From Eledone cirrhosa (taxonomy: Eukaryota): 64,000 nucleotides of DNA. Of this stretch, positions 1 to 11,355 are shown in pieces. A program made the translations under genes and the position numbers. The DNA lies in NCBI GenBank assembly GCA_964016885.1, contig OZ024742.1:212722001-212786000 (forward strand). Reading direction: 5' to 3'. Positions within the stretch are counted from its first letter, which is position 1, and each line of letters opens with the position of its first letter. Under the pieces are notes generated by a model, which was not told the origin of the DNA, ran no database searches, and saw nothing but the letters and a program-made list of their open reading frames with translations.

Positions 1-577
1 TAAAACAGTCATAACAAAACCACGAGGAAAGATGATTCAAAGCTATTCATATTCAACTATTTTCATATAACTCTATATCTTTTGAAATTTAAAATGTGGA
101 TCATTTACACTGGATTCCTGTGAATAATAGAACAAAGCTTGCACTGTTTCTACATCTTAATAGCTTTATCCCACTTTTATATCTTCCCTGCTGCTTCCTA
201 CCTGTTTTACTTTGTCATGCTGTCCTATATTCAAGGAAAAACTAATCAATAGAAGTCACAACTAATCAAGTACCTTTCAATTTCAGCATGTTAAGAGTTG
301 CATTAAAGGTAAAAAGAAATCAAATGTAATCATCTGCTATTATTATTGTTATTTTAATTTCTAGATTGAAGTTTATCTTTCAAAATTACATTTTATTTAA
401 ACATGAATTAGAAAAGAACCTTTCACAAAAATAAAGATAATGAAATACAAATAAACTAAAAGCTATATAGAGTATCTTACATGTTTTCAGGGAAAATTTA
501 AAAGTAACTGCTTATTTCTATTATCAATGTTTTGTAGGGCAGACTTTGTACAATCAATTAGAATTTTAATCTAGAAT

Positions 578-962
578 GGAGAAATGAGGCAAGCATGCTC
601 CGTTGGATGTGCAGTGTAAATGTGCGTGAACGACCCAGCATAAATGTGTTGAGAGAGAAACTGTGTCCGAGAGGGATAGAATGTAGTGTACGGGAGAGGA
701 GACTGAGGTGGTATGAACATGTGATGCGCATGGAGGATGACCGATGGGTGAAGAAGTGCCAGGAAATGCCAGTTGAAGGAAGACGTGGTAGAAGTAGACC
801 ACGAAAAACATGGGCGGAGGTGGTGAGAACAGACCTCAGATCATTGAAGCTCACGGTGGAGATGACGAAGGACCGTGACGAGTGGAGAGATGCTGTGCTG
901 AATAAGACCCGTCCCACCCTTGCAAGCAGGGAAAAGCAGACGTAAAATGATGATGATGATGA
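578..962 (+). mobile_element. RTE-clade LINE family A, 5'-truncated 3' end with (GAT)n tail
   Basis: ORF 595-945 MLRWMCSV...RRLRWYEHVMRM...GRSRPRKTW...KTRPTLASREKQT, near-identical to the 11904 and 22954 copies; (gat)n tail at 948-962. Confidence 0.93.
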
Positions 963-1249
963 ATGGCACTAATGTTCAATTGGGTTGCATTTATAAAATG
1001 CAACCCAATATATAATAGTTTTCACTTGGTTATACTTATTTTACTACAATCAAGTTGGATTAGATGGGTTTTCAGTACTCTCTTTCTCTTTTGATGCATG
1101 TATGTTCTTTGTTAGTTACTCCTTAAATCTTAGCTTGTTTACCTATTTTACTCAGCTTTCTGATTCACTTGTTTATCTTAATTTTGTCTAATTAATTAAA
1201 AAAAAAGTCAGCCTACACTATTCATAGCTTGATGTAACATCATGGATCT

Positions 1250-1815
1250 GCTTCTTCTTCGCCTACTTATTTCTAAGAGGGTTGTTGGGGAAGAGTCTTC
1301 CAGTGGGTCCTCTCAGAGGGCAACTGTCTCCAACTGATCTGGCTGGAGCCCCAAACGAGACCAGCCAAGCTCATGGATGTTATCCAGTCATCTTGCTTGA
1401 GGTCTATCCCTGAGTCTCCTGCTGCTTGGTTTTGCCTGTAAAATCTGTCCAGTGATTCTTTCCCGAGACATTCTAACCATATGCCCGTAGTATCGGAGTT
1501 GTGATCTCTCAATTCGGAGAAGTAGTGGCTCTACCTGGAGTGATTCTCAGATCTCCAAGCTACGCATTCTATCGAGTAACGTTACTCCAAAGACCCTTCG
1601 GAGGAACCCCATTTCAGCTGCTTGTATTTGTGATCGTATTCTTTCAGTCATTACCCAACATTCATGACCATAGGTAAGGGTTGGCATGATTACCGAATAG
1701 AAGATAGCTAGTTTGGCTTTTACGCCTACCTCCCTTCTTCTGATTACTGAAGCTGGTGCATTACTGCATCAGCTCCTGCCTTCCATCATTCATGAACATG
1801 GCCCTAAGATACTTG
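1250..1815 (-). mobile_element. Degenerate RTE LINE 3' fragment (Expander/Rex3-like family, distinct from A and B)
   Basis: Minus-strand translation YGHECWVMTERIRSQIQAAEMGFLRRVFGVTLLDRMRS...LLLRIERSQLRYYGHMVRM; (gaa)n-like tail near 1251-1260; related copy near 46340-46675. Confidence 0.8.
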
Positions 1816-3389
1816 AACCTGCTTCAGTGGATCTGCTTAACATTTTAATGTTTAATTTCTCCCAGCTATTATAGATTTTGGAAACTGTACTGTGGTGACT
1901 CATCCATTGGTTAGATCACTTAGGTTAGAGAATTTATCTATTTCTATAAAGTAAACATAATTAGTCTTTGTTTCATGGTTGAAAAATTATAGCTAATTTA
2001 GATTGTGTTTTAAAACATTGAAATCCAACTAAACACTGTTTACTGTAAGGCTGTATTGCTAACTGGCTTCTTAGCTTTTTTGTATTTACGTATTGAGAAA
2101 AGCTCTTATCCTATTATCCTCCTCACCATTGCTAAACATAGCATCTGTTGTCATCCTAAATCTCAGGATAAATGACCATCAGTTTTCAATTTTTAAACCC
2201 TTTCCCATATTGATTTTTGCAATGAAACCAAGTTATTGCACTTAAAATATACCACAAATAACTAACTCTGCTGGGATGAAATAAAAAAAGAAATATAGAG
2301 TGTGTAGTAACAAGTATATTTATCATAAAACTCTTTATTTATCTTTGGCACTCACACAATTTAACCATATCCAATATACCCCATTGGCTACTACATAAGA
2401 TACTTAAAACATTATTTGAAATTATAATAAGAATATCCATTTTGGTGAACTGAGATCATGTATGTGTCAAGCCTATAAATGAAGAGCAGATGTTTTAATT
2501 TGTCTGAACTATTTTGTGTTGGCTATGCTGAAGCACTACTAGGAATATGACAAAAATATTAATATCAGTTTTATAAAGAAAAGGAAAGATTAAAAAGATG
2601 AGAAATATTACCTATATGATCCTCAAGAAAACATTTTTGCAGGCTTAAATGTTGACAATAGCCATATAAAAAATGGCATGCAATACTTGATACATCATGA
2701 CACATAAAGAAACTACTTTTGATGAAATAAGACACAAGAACCTTATAGATTTGTGTATAAATACAAACCCAAACTAAAATGCTTTGTAAACAAGGGTGTT
2801 TATATAACTAGGGACAAGTAGGGTACATACATGCACACCAACTGAGCAGTTACCTACAGAGAAGCATTTTTCATTTTTGTTAATGTAAGATGCACACAAG
2901 CATGCAATACGGTTCCAACAAGTGTATTGATCATAACCAATCCTTCCACTTTATGTCAAACATAAGTGTTGTAAGCTAACTAATCTATGTTAGACACTAA
3001 ACAATATAAATTCAACCCTAATTTACTGAAGAGAAACAAACTATCATCAACATTACTAGCAAAGATGCAGACAAAAGCTGAAGAGTAAGCTGGCTAAGAT
3101 ATCTCTATCCCTATGAAACATACATAGATAACAAGCATCATCTGTAAAGAATCTAAAACATGAAAAGTCTCAAATATTATTAGAACTATAAACTGTATAC
3201 TACCTGCTGTTAATATCTAGCTTTAACTATTTACTGTTTTCACAATCTTCAACATGTTGAAGTGTATTAATCTCCTGCGGTTCCTCATCGCTAATACTTT
3301 GCTTTCTATACTTATCCTATAACAGTTGATAATGGTGCAGATCTAGCAGCAATAAGGATTAATAATTGGATTGGTCAAGTCAGAAACTG

Positions 3390-3422
3390 ACCACCACCAC
3401 CACCACCACCACCACCACCACC
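3390..3422. repeat. (CAC)n microsatellite
   Basis: Direct reading. Confidence 0.9.
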
Positions 3423-4639
3423 CGCACTCAGGTTTTAGCAATCAAAGAAAGCTCTATAGATTTTCCAGTCCTCATTTATATTATCATGCTCATTAATACC
3501 TTCCTAAGTAGATGATGGTGACAAATTGGAATACCTTACAATATTTATTTTAGCTTTTTTTTTAATTCTCAGTTGAAATACCATCAAGTTTAACTAGGTC
3601 TTTTATCTTTCTAGGGTCAATAAAATAATTTACCATCCTAGGGTAGTGGACTGGCAGAATTGTTAGAGCATTGGACTAAATGTTTTGTGGTATTTGTTCA
3701 AGCTCTTTTTATGTTCTAAGTGCCTAAGTAAATATGGTGAATTTGTCCATATCCAATTGACAAGACAGTATCTTGTAAAAAATACTTGGAGAACATCAAG
3801 AAACCACTATTGTATTCTCCCATGAAGCAAGTAGATGATAGATAGCAAGTAGATGATAGATGATAGCAAGAAGCAAGTAGCTGATAAATATTGTATGACA
3901 AAAAATATTTCTTAATATTTTGAAAATGAAATCACTGAAATTAATTGAGTCAAATAACGTCCTAAGTAAAAACTACCTGAAACTTTATTTAACCTTCTGC
4001 ACGCTGTTGGTGACAAATAGTGACAAGAGAGTAATTTCCCCTTAATACATAATGCAGTGTCAAGGGAAGCAATTCATAAAGAAATTTCAGTATCCTAAAG
4101 ATTAAAGTATAGTTTAAATCTTTCATAGCATTGAAACATTGATGTTTCTGAATTCAAATAAACACTTTGTTGCTTACATTATTTCATACTATTTTTGTAC
4201 TACTGATGTGTGGAATGGTTCCAGCTAAAATAGTTCTACAACACAAAATGTAATTATACTTATATGCCTTGGTTTTAGATCTCTTCTCTTTTTAGAATAT
4301 AATTTAAAAGTTGAAATAGCCAACACTGAAGGAATCTGAAAGACTATTAAAAGACAGTCTATCTTATCTATTTCAGTTGAAATCACAATTGAAAATTGCT
4401 AGACATGAAATGAATGATAGCAAACTGCTACAACAATTATATGTTCAAGTTGTTACAATATATTCAAGTATTATAATCCAACAGCAGATATTATTCCAAT
4501 AGTATATTCTAAACAGCAGACTCTAAATATATAGCCCTGCCTTAATACCCTGCTCACACCTGCTAAATATCCCATGCACTTAATAGATGTCGAAGTTGCT
4601 TGTCTACCCTGATACACCTCACTTGCCCAGCCCATGAAA

Positions 4640-5060
4640 GCTGAACATGCTCTACATCTGATCTCCCATAATGTGGTTGTCATGACAAAAAACACAAAGT
4701 CCCCCCTGTATGCTGATCTGGTGCCACAATACAAAAGCACCCAGTCTATCCAGAAGGTGGTCATGTCAGTGATACGACAAAAAACACCCAGTCCATAATG
4801 TAAGGTGGTCATGTTGGTGACATGACAAAAAGCGGCCAGCTCACCCTGTAAGGTGGTTGTTTCAGTGCCACGATAAAAAGTATGCAGTCCACAATGTAAT
4901 GAGGTTGGCATTACGATAGGCATCCAGCTCTAGAACCAAGCCAGAATACAGATCTGTATGAACAAGATGTCTCCAGACCTGCCTTGTTTCGTAACATGAC
5001 AACCTATCTAACCCATGCAAGTTTGGCAAATTGGACGTTAAATGACGATGATGATGATGA
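4640..5060 (+). mobile_element. Diverged RTE-associated 3' UTR/non-autonomous element with ~50-bp internal subrepeats and (GAT)n tail
   Basis: Repeated ca(c/t)gacaaaaa...cagtcc...tgtaaggtgg motifs, ggcatccagctctagaa motif, ctaacccatgcaag...ggacgttaaatgacgatgatg tail. Confidence 0.65.
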
Positions 5061-5167
5061 TATATATATATATATATATATACATACACACACTTGCAAG
5101 CATGGAAAAGCAGACGTAAAATGATGATGATACATACATATACATACACACATACATATATATATAT

Positions 5168-5222
<55 letters not shown>

Positions 5223-5500
5223 CACACATACACATCTTATAATATATAACTAGCAATTTCTTTGTCTGTCTGTCCGACAGTGGAAACACGTGCGCGCGCG
5301 GTTGCTATCTCTCTCTCTCTCCAGCTATCCCTCTCTTTTAGTCTGTCTGTTTCTCTCACTCTCACTATTTGTAACACACTAACATTCCTCCCCTCTATCG
5401 CTGTGACAAATGGGGAGGAGGAGGAGGAGAGAGTCACTTTGCCACTTCACCTCTGCCTTTCTTTCTCTCCCCTCTCACTCCCTCATTACGTACAGACATT

Positions 5501-5694
5501 AGGGCGGTGGATTGGCAGAATCTGTAGAGAGTCGGACACCATGCTTCATAGCATGGAGTTACGTTCCTTTACGGTCTGAGTTCAAATACCGCCGAGGTTA
5601 ACTTTGCCTTTCATCCTCACGGGGTCGATAAAATAAAGTACCAGTAATGTACTGGGTAATTGCTGGCCTTGTGCCAAAAGTAGAAACAATTATT
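5501..5694 (+). mobile_element. Abundant tRNA-derived SINE (octopus-type), full copy
   Basis: ggcggtggattggcagaatc...gagttcaaataccgccgaggttaactttgcctttcatcct...gataaaataaagtaccag...agaaacaattatt; many homologous copies in the window. Confidence 0.8.
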
Positions 5695-5880
5695 AGAAAC
5701 ATTGCTTCATTTTTACATATCTAAGCATTAGTAAAATAACTAATAATTTCAAAAGTAATTTTTCAATTCCAATTGTTATGAACAGCAAAACATTAATAAT
5801 AATTAAGAAATATATATACATATACACACACAGAAATATATATATATACACACAGAAATATATATACATTTCTGTGTGTG

Positions 5881-5935
<55 letters not shown>

Positions 5936-5964
5936 GAAATATATATATATATATATACACACAC

Positions 5965-6451
5965 AGAAATATATGGGCATTTCTTTGTTTGTCTGTCTGT
6001 CTGTCTGTCCTTCCCTAAAACTCAAATGTAGGTGCTACAGAAATATTACCATCCCCTCTCCACTGACTTTGGTCACTGAGGTCGAGGGAATCGCTGGTTG
6101 CTATAGAGACACCTTGCACAAGCCAGAAGTAACCAGTTCGAGGCGGTTCTGACTTGACACCATGCCAAGGACCATTTGAAGATATATTTCCATCGTTATA
6201 TCATAACGTTTATGTATCATAACGTTTATATTTCCGTCACTAATCTCTTTTTCTCCTTTTTCGTTTTAACATATATTTATTTCAAAGATTTCACCGTATA
6301 GATAAGATATATATTTATACATGCATAAAAGACACACCGAGAGACGGTGAACATGTGGTGCCGAAAACATTTCTCATCCAAATCTCAAAAATATCAGTAT
6401 ATATACTAGATTTGCTAGCAGAAAACCGCCCACGGGGTGGTTTTCTGCTAG
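5965..6451 (+). mobile_element. Non-autonomous Helitron/Helentron-like element (5' boundary uncertain)
   Basis: (GTCT)n microsatellite near 5990; ends in 17-bp-stem hairpin ctagcagaaaaccgccc-acg-gggtggttttctgctag with terminal CTAG. Confidence 0.5.
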
Positions 6452-7317
6452 TCTATATATATAAAACTGAGGTTGTCTGTGTCTACTAAAACAGTCGGCA
6501 TACATCTTCTCCTAAACCGTATGTTCAAATTTCGGTGAAATTGCTACACTTATAGATGAAGGTCCGGCGGAGACATCGGTCAAAACTTTTATCAAATCGA
6601 GCCACGCCAAGTGCAAAAATCGAATTTGTAATGTAATGATTTTTCAGTTCAAATGTATAAATAGAGATGAGAGACGAGTTATTTCCCTTTTATGGCGTCA
6701 TTCTGTCTATCTATTTACGTTACGAATATACGACGCGTGCAAAAGTACAAAAATACGCGAACAATTTTCGGACCAGCAAAATTCATTAGTTCGAAGTTTC
6801 AACATTAAGCTTCTATTTTGCTTCATTTTCATTAAAAAGTCTTTTAAAACAATATTTTTACTTGAAAACAAGCCTATTTGAATACACCGTAAAACAAGCA
6901 AATATTTTGTAAAAAAAGCATTTAGAAGCAATAATTTTAAACGACAGACAGATAATGCATTTTTTGTTTTGTTTTTCATGTCCATCCAATTTCTTTGTTT
7001 CAAAATAACTGATAGTTTGGTTACGCTGATGTTTTTCTCTGAGACAAGTGTTGCAGTGTTTACATTTTCGATTTTTGTTAATAGATTACCAGTGCAGTTT
7101 TTATCCCCAGCATCCTCTTTTGTTTTAACATTCAGGTTATGGTTATGTTTTCTTAACTTCATAAGGCATACTGTTGGTTGAGGGAATATTAATCAAAAGT
7201 ACCACGTGTAAGTCTACACTGTAGACTCTACAGTTTTTAAGCCAAGAAAGCAACTTAACATTGTAACTTTAACACAGCTACTGAACAGCCCCGAGTAACG
7301 CCGGGCTTTACTGCTAG
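6452..7317 (+). mobile_element. Non-autonomous Helitron
   Basis: Starts TCTATATATATAAAA; ends with GC hairpin agccccgagtaacgccgggct then CTAG followed by T; no TSD seen. Confidence 0.7.
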
Positions 7318-7695
7318 TATATATATATATTATAGATAACTCTCAAATAAACACTAAAAATTGAAATGTAACATTAAAAGAAAAAAATATTTCCCAGTTA
7401 ATGGAAGGTTTATGTTTTAATCAGTGCGTATTTTTTAAATTATCAACTGAATAGTAAAATAAAAGTGAGATTAAAGAATGAAAAATTGAAAATAAATGCA
7501 CTGAACAATATATTTTGTTAACTGTTAGTTTATATGATACATTAAATAAAACCATTATGGCTGCTAGTGGCATTTATTATAAAATCTTTAACAGATTATA
7601 GGGCTCGTTTTATTCCCCAGGTGGATTCCAGCACACCTATTTCTATTGGACATTGCAAAGAACCTAAATTTGATAAATAGACTAGTAAATTTGAT

Positions 7696-7815
7696 ATATA
7701 AGCTCCAGGAGACGGAAAAAAATTGTAGTGCCACTCATGGGATTCGTGCCCACACTTGCAAAGTACTATTTCACTGTGCTAACTGTTACACTAGACCTCC
7801 AGCCAACAAATGTTT
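7696..7815 (-). mobile_element. tRNA-like/tRNA-derived SINE head with poly-T terminator
   Basis: Minus strand ggaggtctagtgtaacagttagcac...gggcacgaatcccatgagtggcactacaatttttt; homologous to 8169-8288. Confidence 0.55.
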
Positions 7816-7836
7816 CTGGCTAATATGCCCAACTTA

Positions 7837-8039
7837 ATTCACATTACTCTATTGTATATTATTGTATTTTCATGGTTCAGGCTTTATCTGACATAATTAT
7901 CTCACATAATATCGAATCTATGAGATTGTGAAAGTATTTATTTTGAGAATACCTTAACATCAGTTTGAGCGACCAGTTACAGCCAGTTTCAACAGAAAAA
8001 GGTAGAGAATTCTGGCTGGTTTGAACATTAAAGGGTTAA
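7837..8039 (+). mobile_element. piggyBac-type MITE family 1, left end missing
   Basis: Homologous to 15327-15510; ends aaaggg+TTAA. Confidence 0.7.
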
Positions 8040-8168
8040 GACTATTTGTCAGTAAAAACCGTTGAAGCTTCCATCTAACTTTATAATTCAAAGCTTCTTA
8101 TTGCTCGATTCTAAAAATAGATTGTTTGCATATTTTCTGGCTGAATGATAAGGTTTAAAATAACGGAA

Positions 8169-8288
8169 AAACTTGTCAGCTGGTGGTCTAGTGCAATGGT
8201 TAGCACAGCAAAATGGTATATAGTAGATGTGGGTTCAAATCCCACGGGCGGTGCTGTACAATTCTTTTCTGTTCCTGGGGCTTATATG
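8169..8288 (+). mobile_element. tRNA-like/tRNA-derived SINE head
   Basis: A box tagtgcaatgg, B box ggttcaaatcc, downstream ttctttt; no canonical anticodon arm. Confidence 0.6.
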
Positions 8289-10177
8289 CCCAACTTATTA
8301 CACTATTTTTCAGCGTCAAAAACATTGAAGCTACTAACTTTATAAACATCCTATTGCTCAATGGTTTTAAAAATAGATTGTTTAAATACATTTTATTACT
8401 TTCAGTCTGAAAGCTCCATAATTTATATCTAATATGACTTTCTGTAGGCAGAAATCAACAGATTGAAATTTAAAATTTCATCATAGGTATAGACACAAGT
8501 ATGGCTGTAAGGTTAAGAAGTTTGCTTCATAATCAAGTGGTACCAGGTTTGATCCAACTTGCTCCTTGGGCAAAGATATTCCACTATAGCCTTGGGTTGA
8601 CCCAAAACCTATTAAGTGGAATTTTGGAAGCAAAACTATGAAGAAGTTTGTTTCTTCCACTCACCCACATATTTCTCTCATCGCCCCACCCCCCTCTCTA
8701 TACACATTATTAGTACAGATTAAAGTTTAAGAAAAGAATTTCTGCTTTCACCCTATATGGGATCTTCTGAAACAGAAAAATTCATCTATAGATGCAGAAG
8801 TAAATATTACTATATATATATATATTCTTATTTAGATTTACTCATGGTATTCTCATTAGAAACCCATTATATACTTGTTTAGCAGTAAATTAATTTACCA
8901 TCTGTCATATACTATCCCCTCTTTTTCTTCCTCTATTACTAATATAAATACTTCAATTTTTCTGATTTTATCCAATTTATCCAAAATCTCTGAAGAAGTG
9001 ACAACTGATTATACATTTGCTATCGAATACTTGCTAACATTATATGATTACGCAAGCAGCGATACATAGGTATTCCGTCTGTTACAGAAACATATGTCAA
9101 TACCTAATAAATTCCTTTTTAAAAAAAGCACTTTCATTTTATATTCATCCTTTCTATATATATATATATGTATATAAGGGATAACAAGTTATCGTTATAA
9201 GTAATCCATCGTATTTAAAATTGAGTGACACAACTTCAAGTGATTAGCAATTTTAAGACAATTTTAAGACCAATGAAACAATTGTTAATACTGTAAACAA
9301 AACCCTTTTTGTACTGTTGACCTTGTTATTCTTCACTCTTTCACTATGTATGTATATATATATTTATACACATATATATATGTGTATGCATGTGTTTATG
9401 TTTACACAGGTATAAAAAAAAAAAAAAGCCTGTTCAGTAGTTTCACCAGCGAAAATAGCTGTTACTGGTAATTATCAAAATTAATAGTTCTTTCTAATAT
9501 TTAATAGTCACCAGCTGAAGGAATATGCATTTACTATACAAATTCTTTCCTAAATATCAAGCAATCCTAATTTCTAGATTACCAACAACATTAAAATTCT
9601 TTTAGAATCTCTAGTTTAGCATTCTAGAAATGTCCTACACATAGATACATGCACACACTCAAACACACACCAGATACACATTAACACATCTGTGTACTTA
9701 AATACAAAGACAAACAAGAATTTCCTATTCTACCTAACTTTCATTTTATGCTAAATATGCCAGTGCCTGAGACATCTAGCTAAAACATTAGACAATGAAA
9801 TATACTTAGCAGAGCACATTAACTGATGACAGGGTTGTGAGTTTTTGGCTAAATATTCTTAAGATTATGATTTACAGATGAAATGCTTTATAATATTTAT
9901 GCTTATACTTTTCAACCACTGTTATTACTCAGTCAGTGTTGTTTGTAAGGTGTCTGTTATTTAAAGCAAGCCAACAACAAAATATAATGGGCACTTAAAA
10001 AAAAAAAAAAAAAAAAAATGAATGTACGTATTGTATATTTAACATACAATAAACATTTTGAAGGCCTTTCGCTATGAATTTAAGGTAGTGATTAACATCA
10101 TACCTAGCTTCAGCAAGTTGGTTATTTCCCTTTGTTTTTGCAAAAGGCCTTCAAAATGTTTTAAAATAAATATACAG

Positions 10178-10506
10178 CATTTTGAAGACCTTGCGCTATT
10201 ATTTTAAAGTAGTGACTATGACACTTCTTTTTTCAACAAACAAAGATAAGCTGACAGATCTGTTTCACACTGTTGGCATTCATCAGAGCTTAGCACTCAC
10301 TGACCTTTGCTGAAAATTATAGAGGCTGGATTCTTATAGAATTCCAGTAATAATCAGGAACTGATTATACAGAGCGATTGCCGGTCCAGCAAAAATTGGA
10401 AAGTAGGATTGGTGCTCTGAAATAGCGATGTATACATGAATATATGTATAGTATATTTGGCAATATACTGTATGCTTAATTAAAAACATTTTGAAGACCT
10501 TGAGCT
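10178..10506 (-). mobile_element. Hammerhead-containing ~309-nt unit (retrozyme / Penelope pseudo-LTR-like), arm 1
   Basis: Terminal 20-nt direct repeat cattttgaagaccttg(c/a)gct at 10178 and 10487; reverse complement of arm 2. Confidence 0.75.
10247..10292 (-). ncRNA. Minimal type I hammerhead ribozyme
   Basis: Minus strand: taagct-CTGATGA-atgc-caaca-gtgt-GAAAC-agatct-GTC-agctta; stem I 6 bp, stem II 4 bp with two G-U, palindromic stem III ACAGAUCUGU; predicted cleavage 3' of GUC at 10253. Confidence 0.85.
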
Positions 10507-10837
10507 GAGCACCAATCCTAATTTTCAATTTTTGCTGGACCAGCGATCGCTCTGTATAATCAGTTCCTGATTATTACTGGAATTCTATAAGAATCCAGCC
10601 TCTATAATTTTCAGCAAAGGTCAGCGAGTGCTAAGCTCTGATGATCACCAACAGTGTGAAACAGATCTGTCAGCTTATCTCCCTTCGTTTGTTGAAAAAA
10701 GAAGTAAGTGACATAGTCACTACTTTAAAATAATAGCGCAAGGCCTTCAAAATGTTTTTAATTAAGCATACAGTATATTGCCAAATATACTATACATATA
10801 TTCATGTATACATTGCTATTTCAGAGCACCAATCCTA

Positions 10838-10839
<2 letters not shown>
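10507..10839 (+). mobile_element. Hammerhead-containing ~317-nt unit (retrozyme / Penelope pseudo-LTR-like), arm 2
   Basis: Terminal direct repeat gagcaccaatcctaat at 10507 and 10824; inverted copy of arm 1 with two 4-nt insertions. Confidence 0.75.
10632..10677 (+). ncRNA. Minimal type I hammerhead ribozyme
   Basis: taagct-CTGATGA-tcac-caaca-gtgt-GAAAC-agatct-GTC-agctta; cleavage predicted after C10671; stem II has a U.U at its base pair. Confidence 0.8.

Positions 10840-10841
<2 letters not shown>

Positions 10842-10921
<80 letters not shown>
10842..10921. repeat. (AG)n microsatellite
   Basis: Direct reading. Confidence 0.95.
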
Positions 10922-10924
<3 letters not shown>

Positions 10925-11034
10925 AAATGATGAATAAAAGAAAAGAAAGAAAATGAAAGAAGAAATTAAATAAAGGAAGGGAAGAGGGGGAGGGAGTAAC
11001 AGATTCTACACCTAAGTCTGAGTGGTATTTCTCA

Positions 11035-11355
11035 GCTGCATCCTGTGGACAAAATGGTTAGGTACTGCCACAGAGAATGGCCAGTAACATCTGCTGCAAT
11101 AGCCACTCTGCCTCATAGGGCTCCTTTGATTTTACAAAGGAAAATGGCAGTTTGGGGACCTAGGACACCTGAAGTTTCGCCGGCCAGCAGTTTGAAAAGG
11201 AAGCGGTCTGTCAAACCCCAGTATTTGGCAATTTTTCCCTCCTCTGTACTGGGGGCAGCAGTGATAAGGTTGAAGGCGGAGAACGAGTCACAGTATGTGG
11301 CATCCCAGATTAAGGATTTACCTCTCTCGCATGGGAAGAGAGTTATCCCATCTGT
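11035..11355 (-). mobile_element. Fragment of a restriction-like-endonuclease non-LTR retrotransposon (CRE-clade-like), degenerate
   Basis: Minus-strand translation TDGITLFPCERGKSLIWDATYCDSF...TEEGKIAKYWGLTDRFLFKLLAGETSGVLGPQTAIFL resembles the RLE pattern RPDG...W..GK.L.WD.T..D...K..KY...F..A.ET.G..G; contains a stop. Confidence 0.7.

Noticed and set aside
4862-6152. YI/IY-rich ORFs
   Set aside because: Translations of TA/CA microsatellites
8184-8260. Functional tRNA gene
   Set aside because: No canonical anticodon arm or acceptor stem; treated as tRNA-derived repeat
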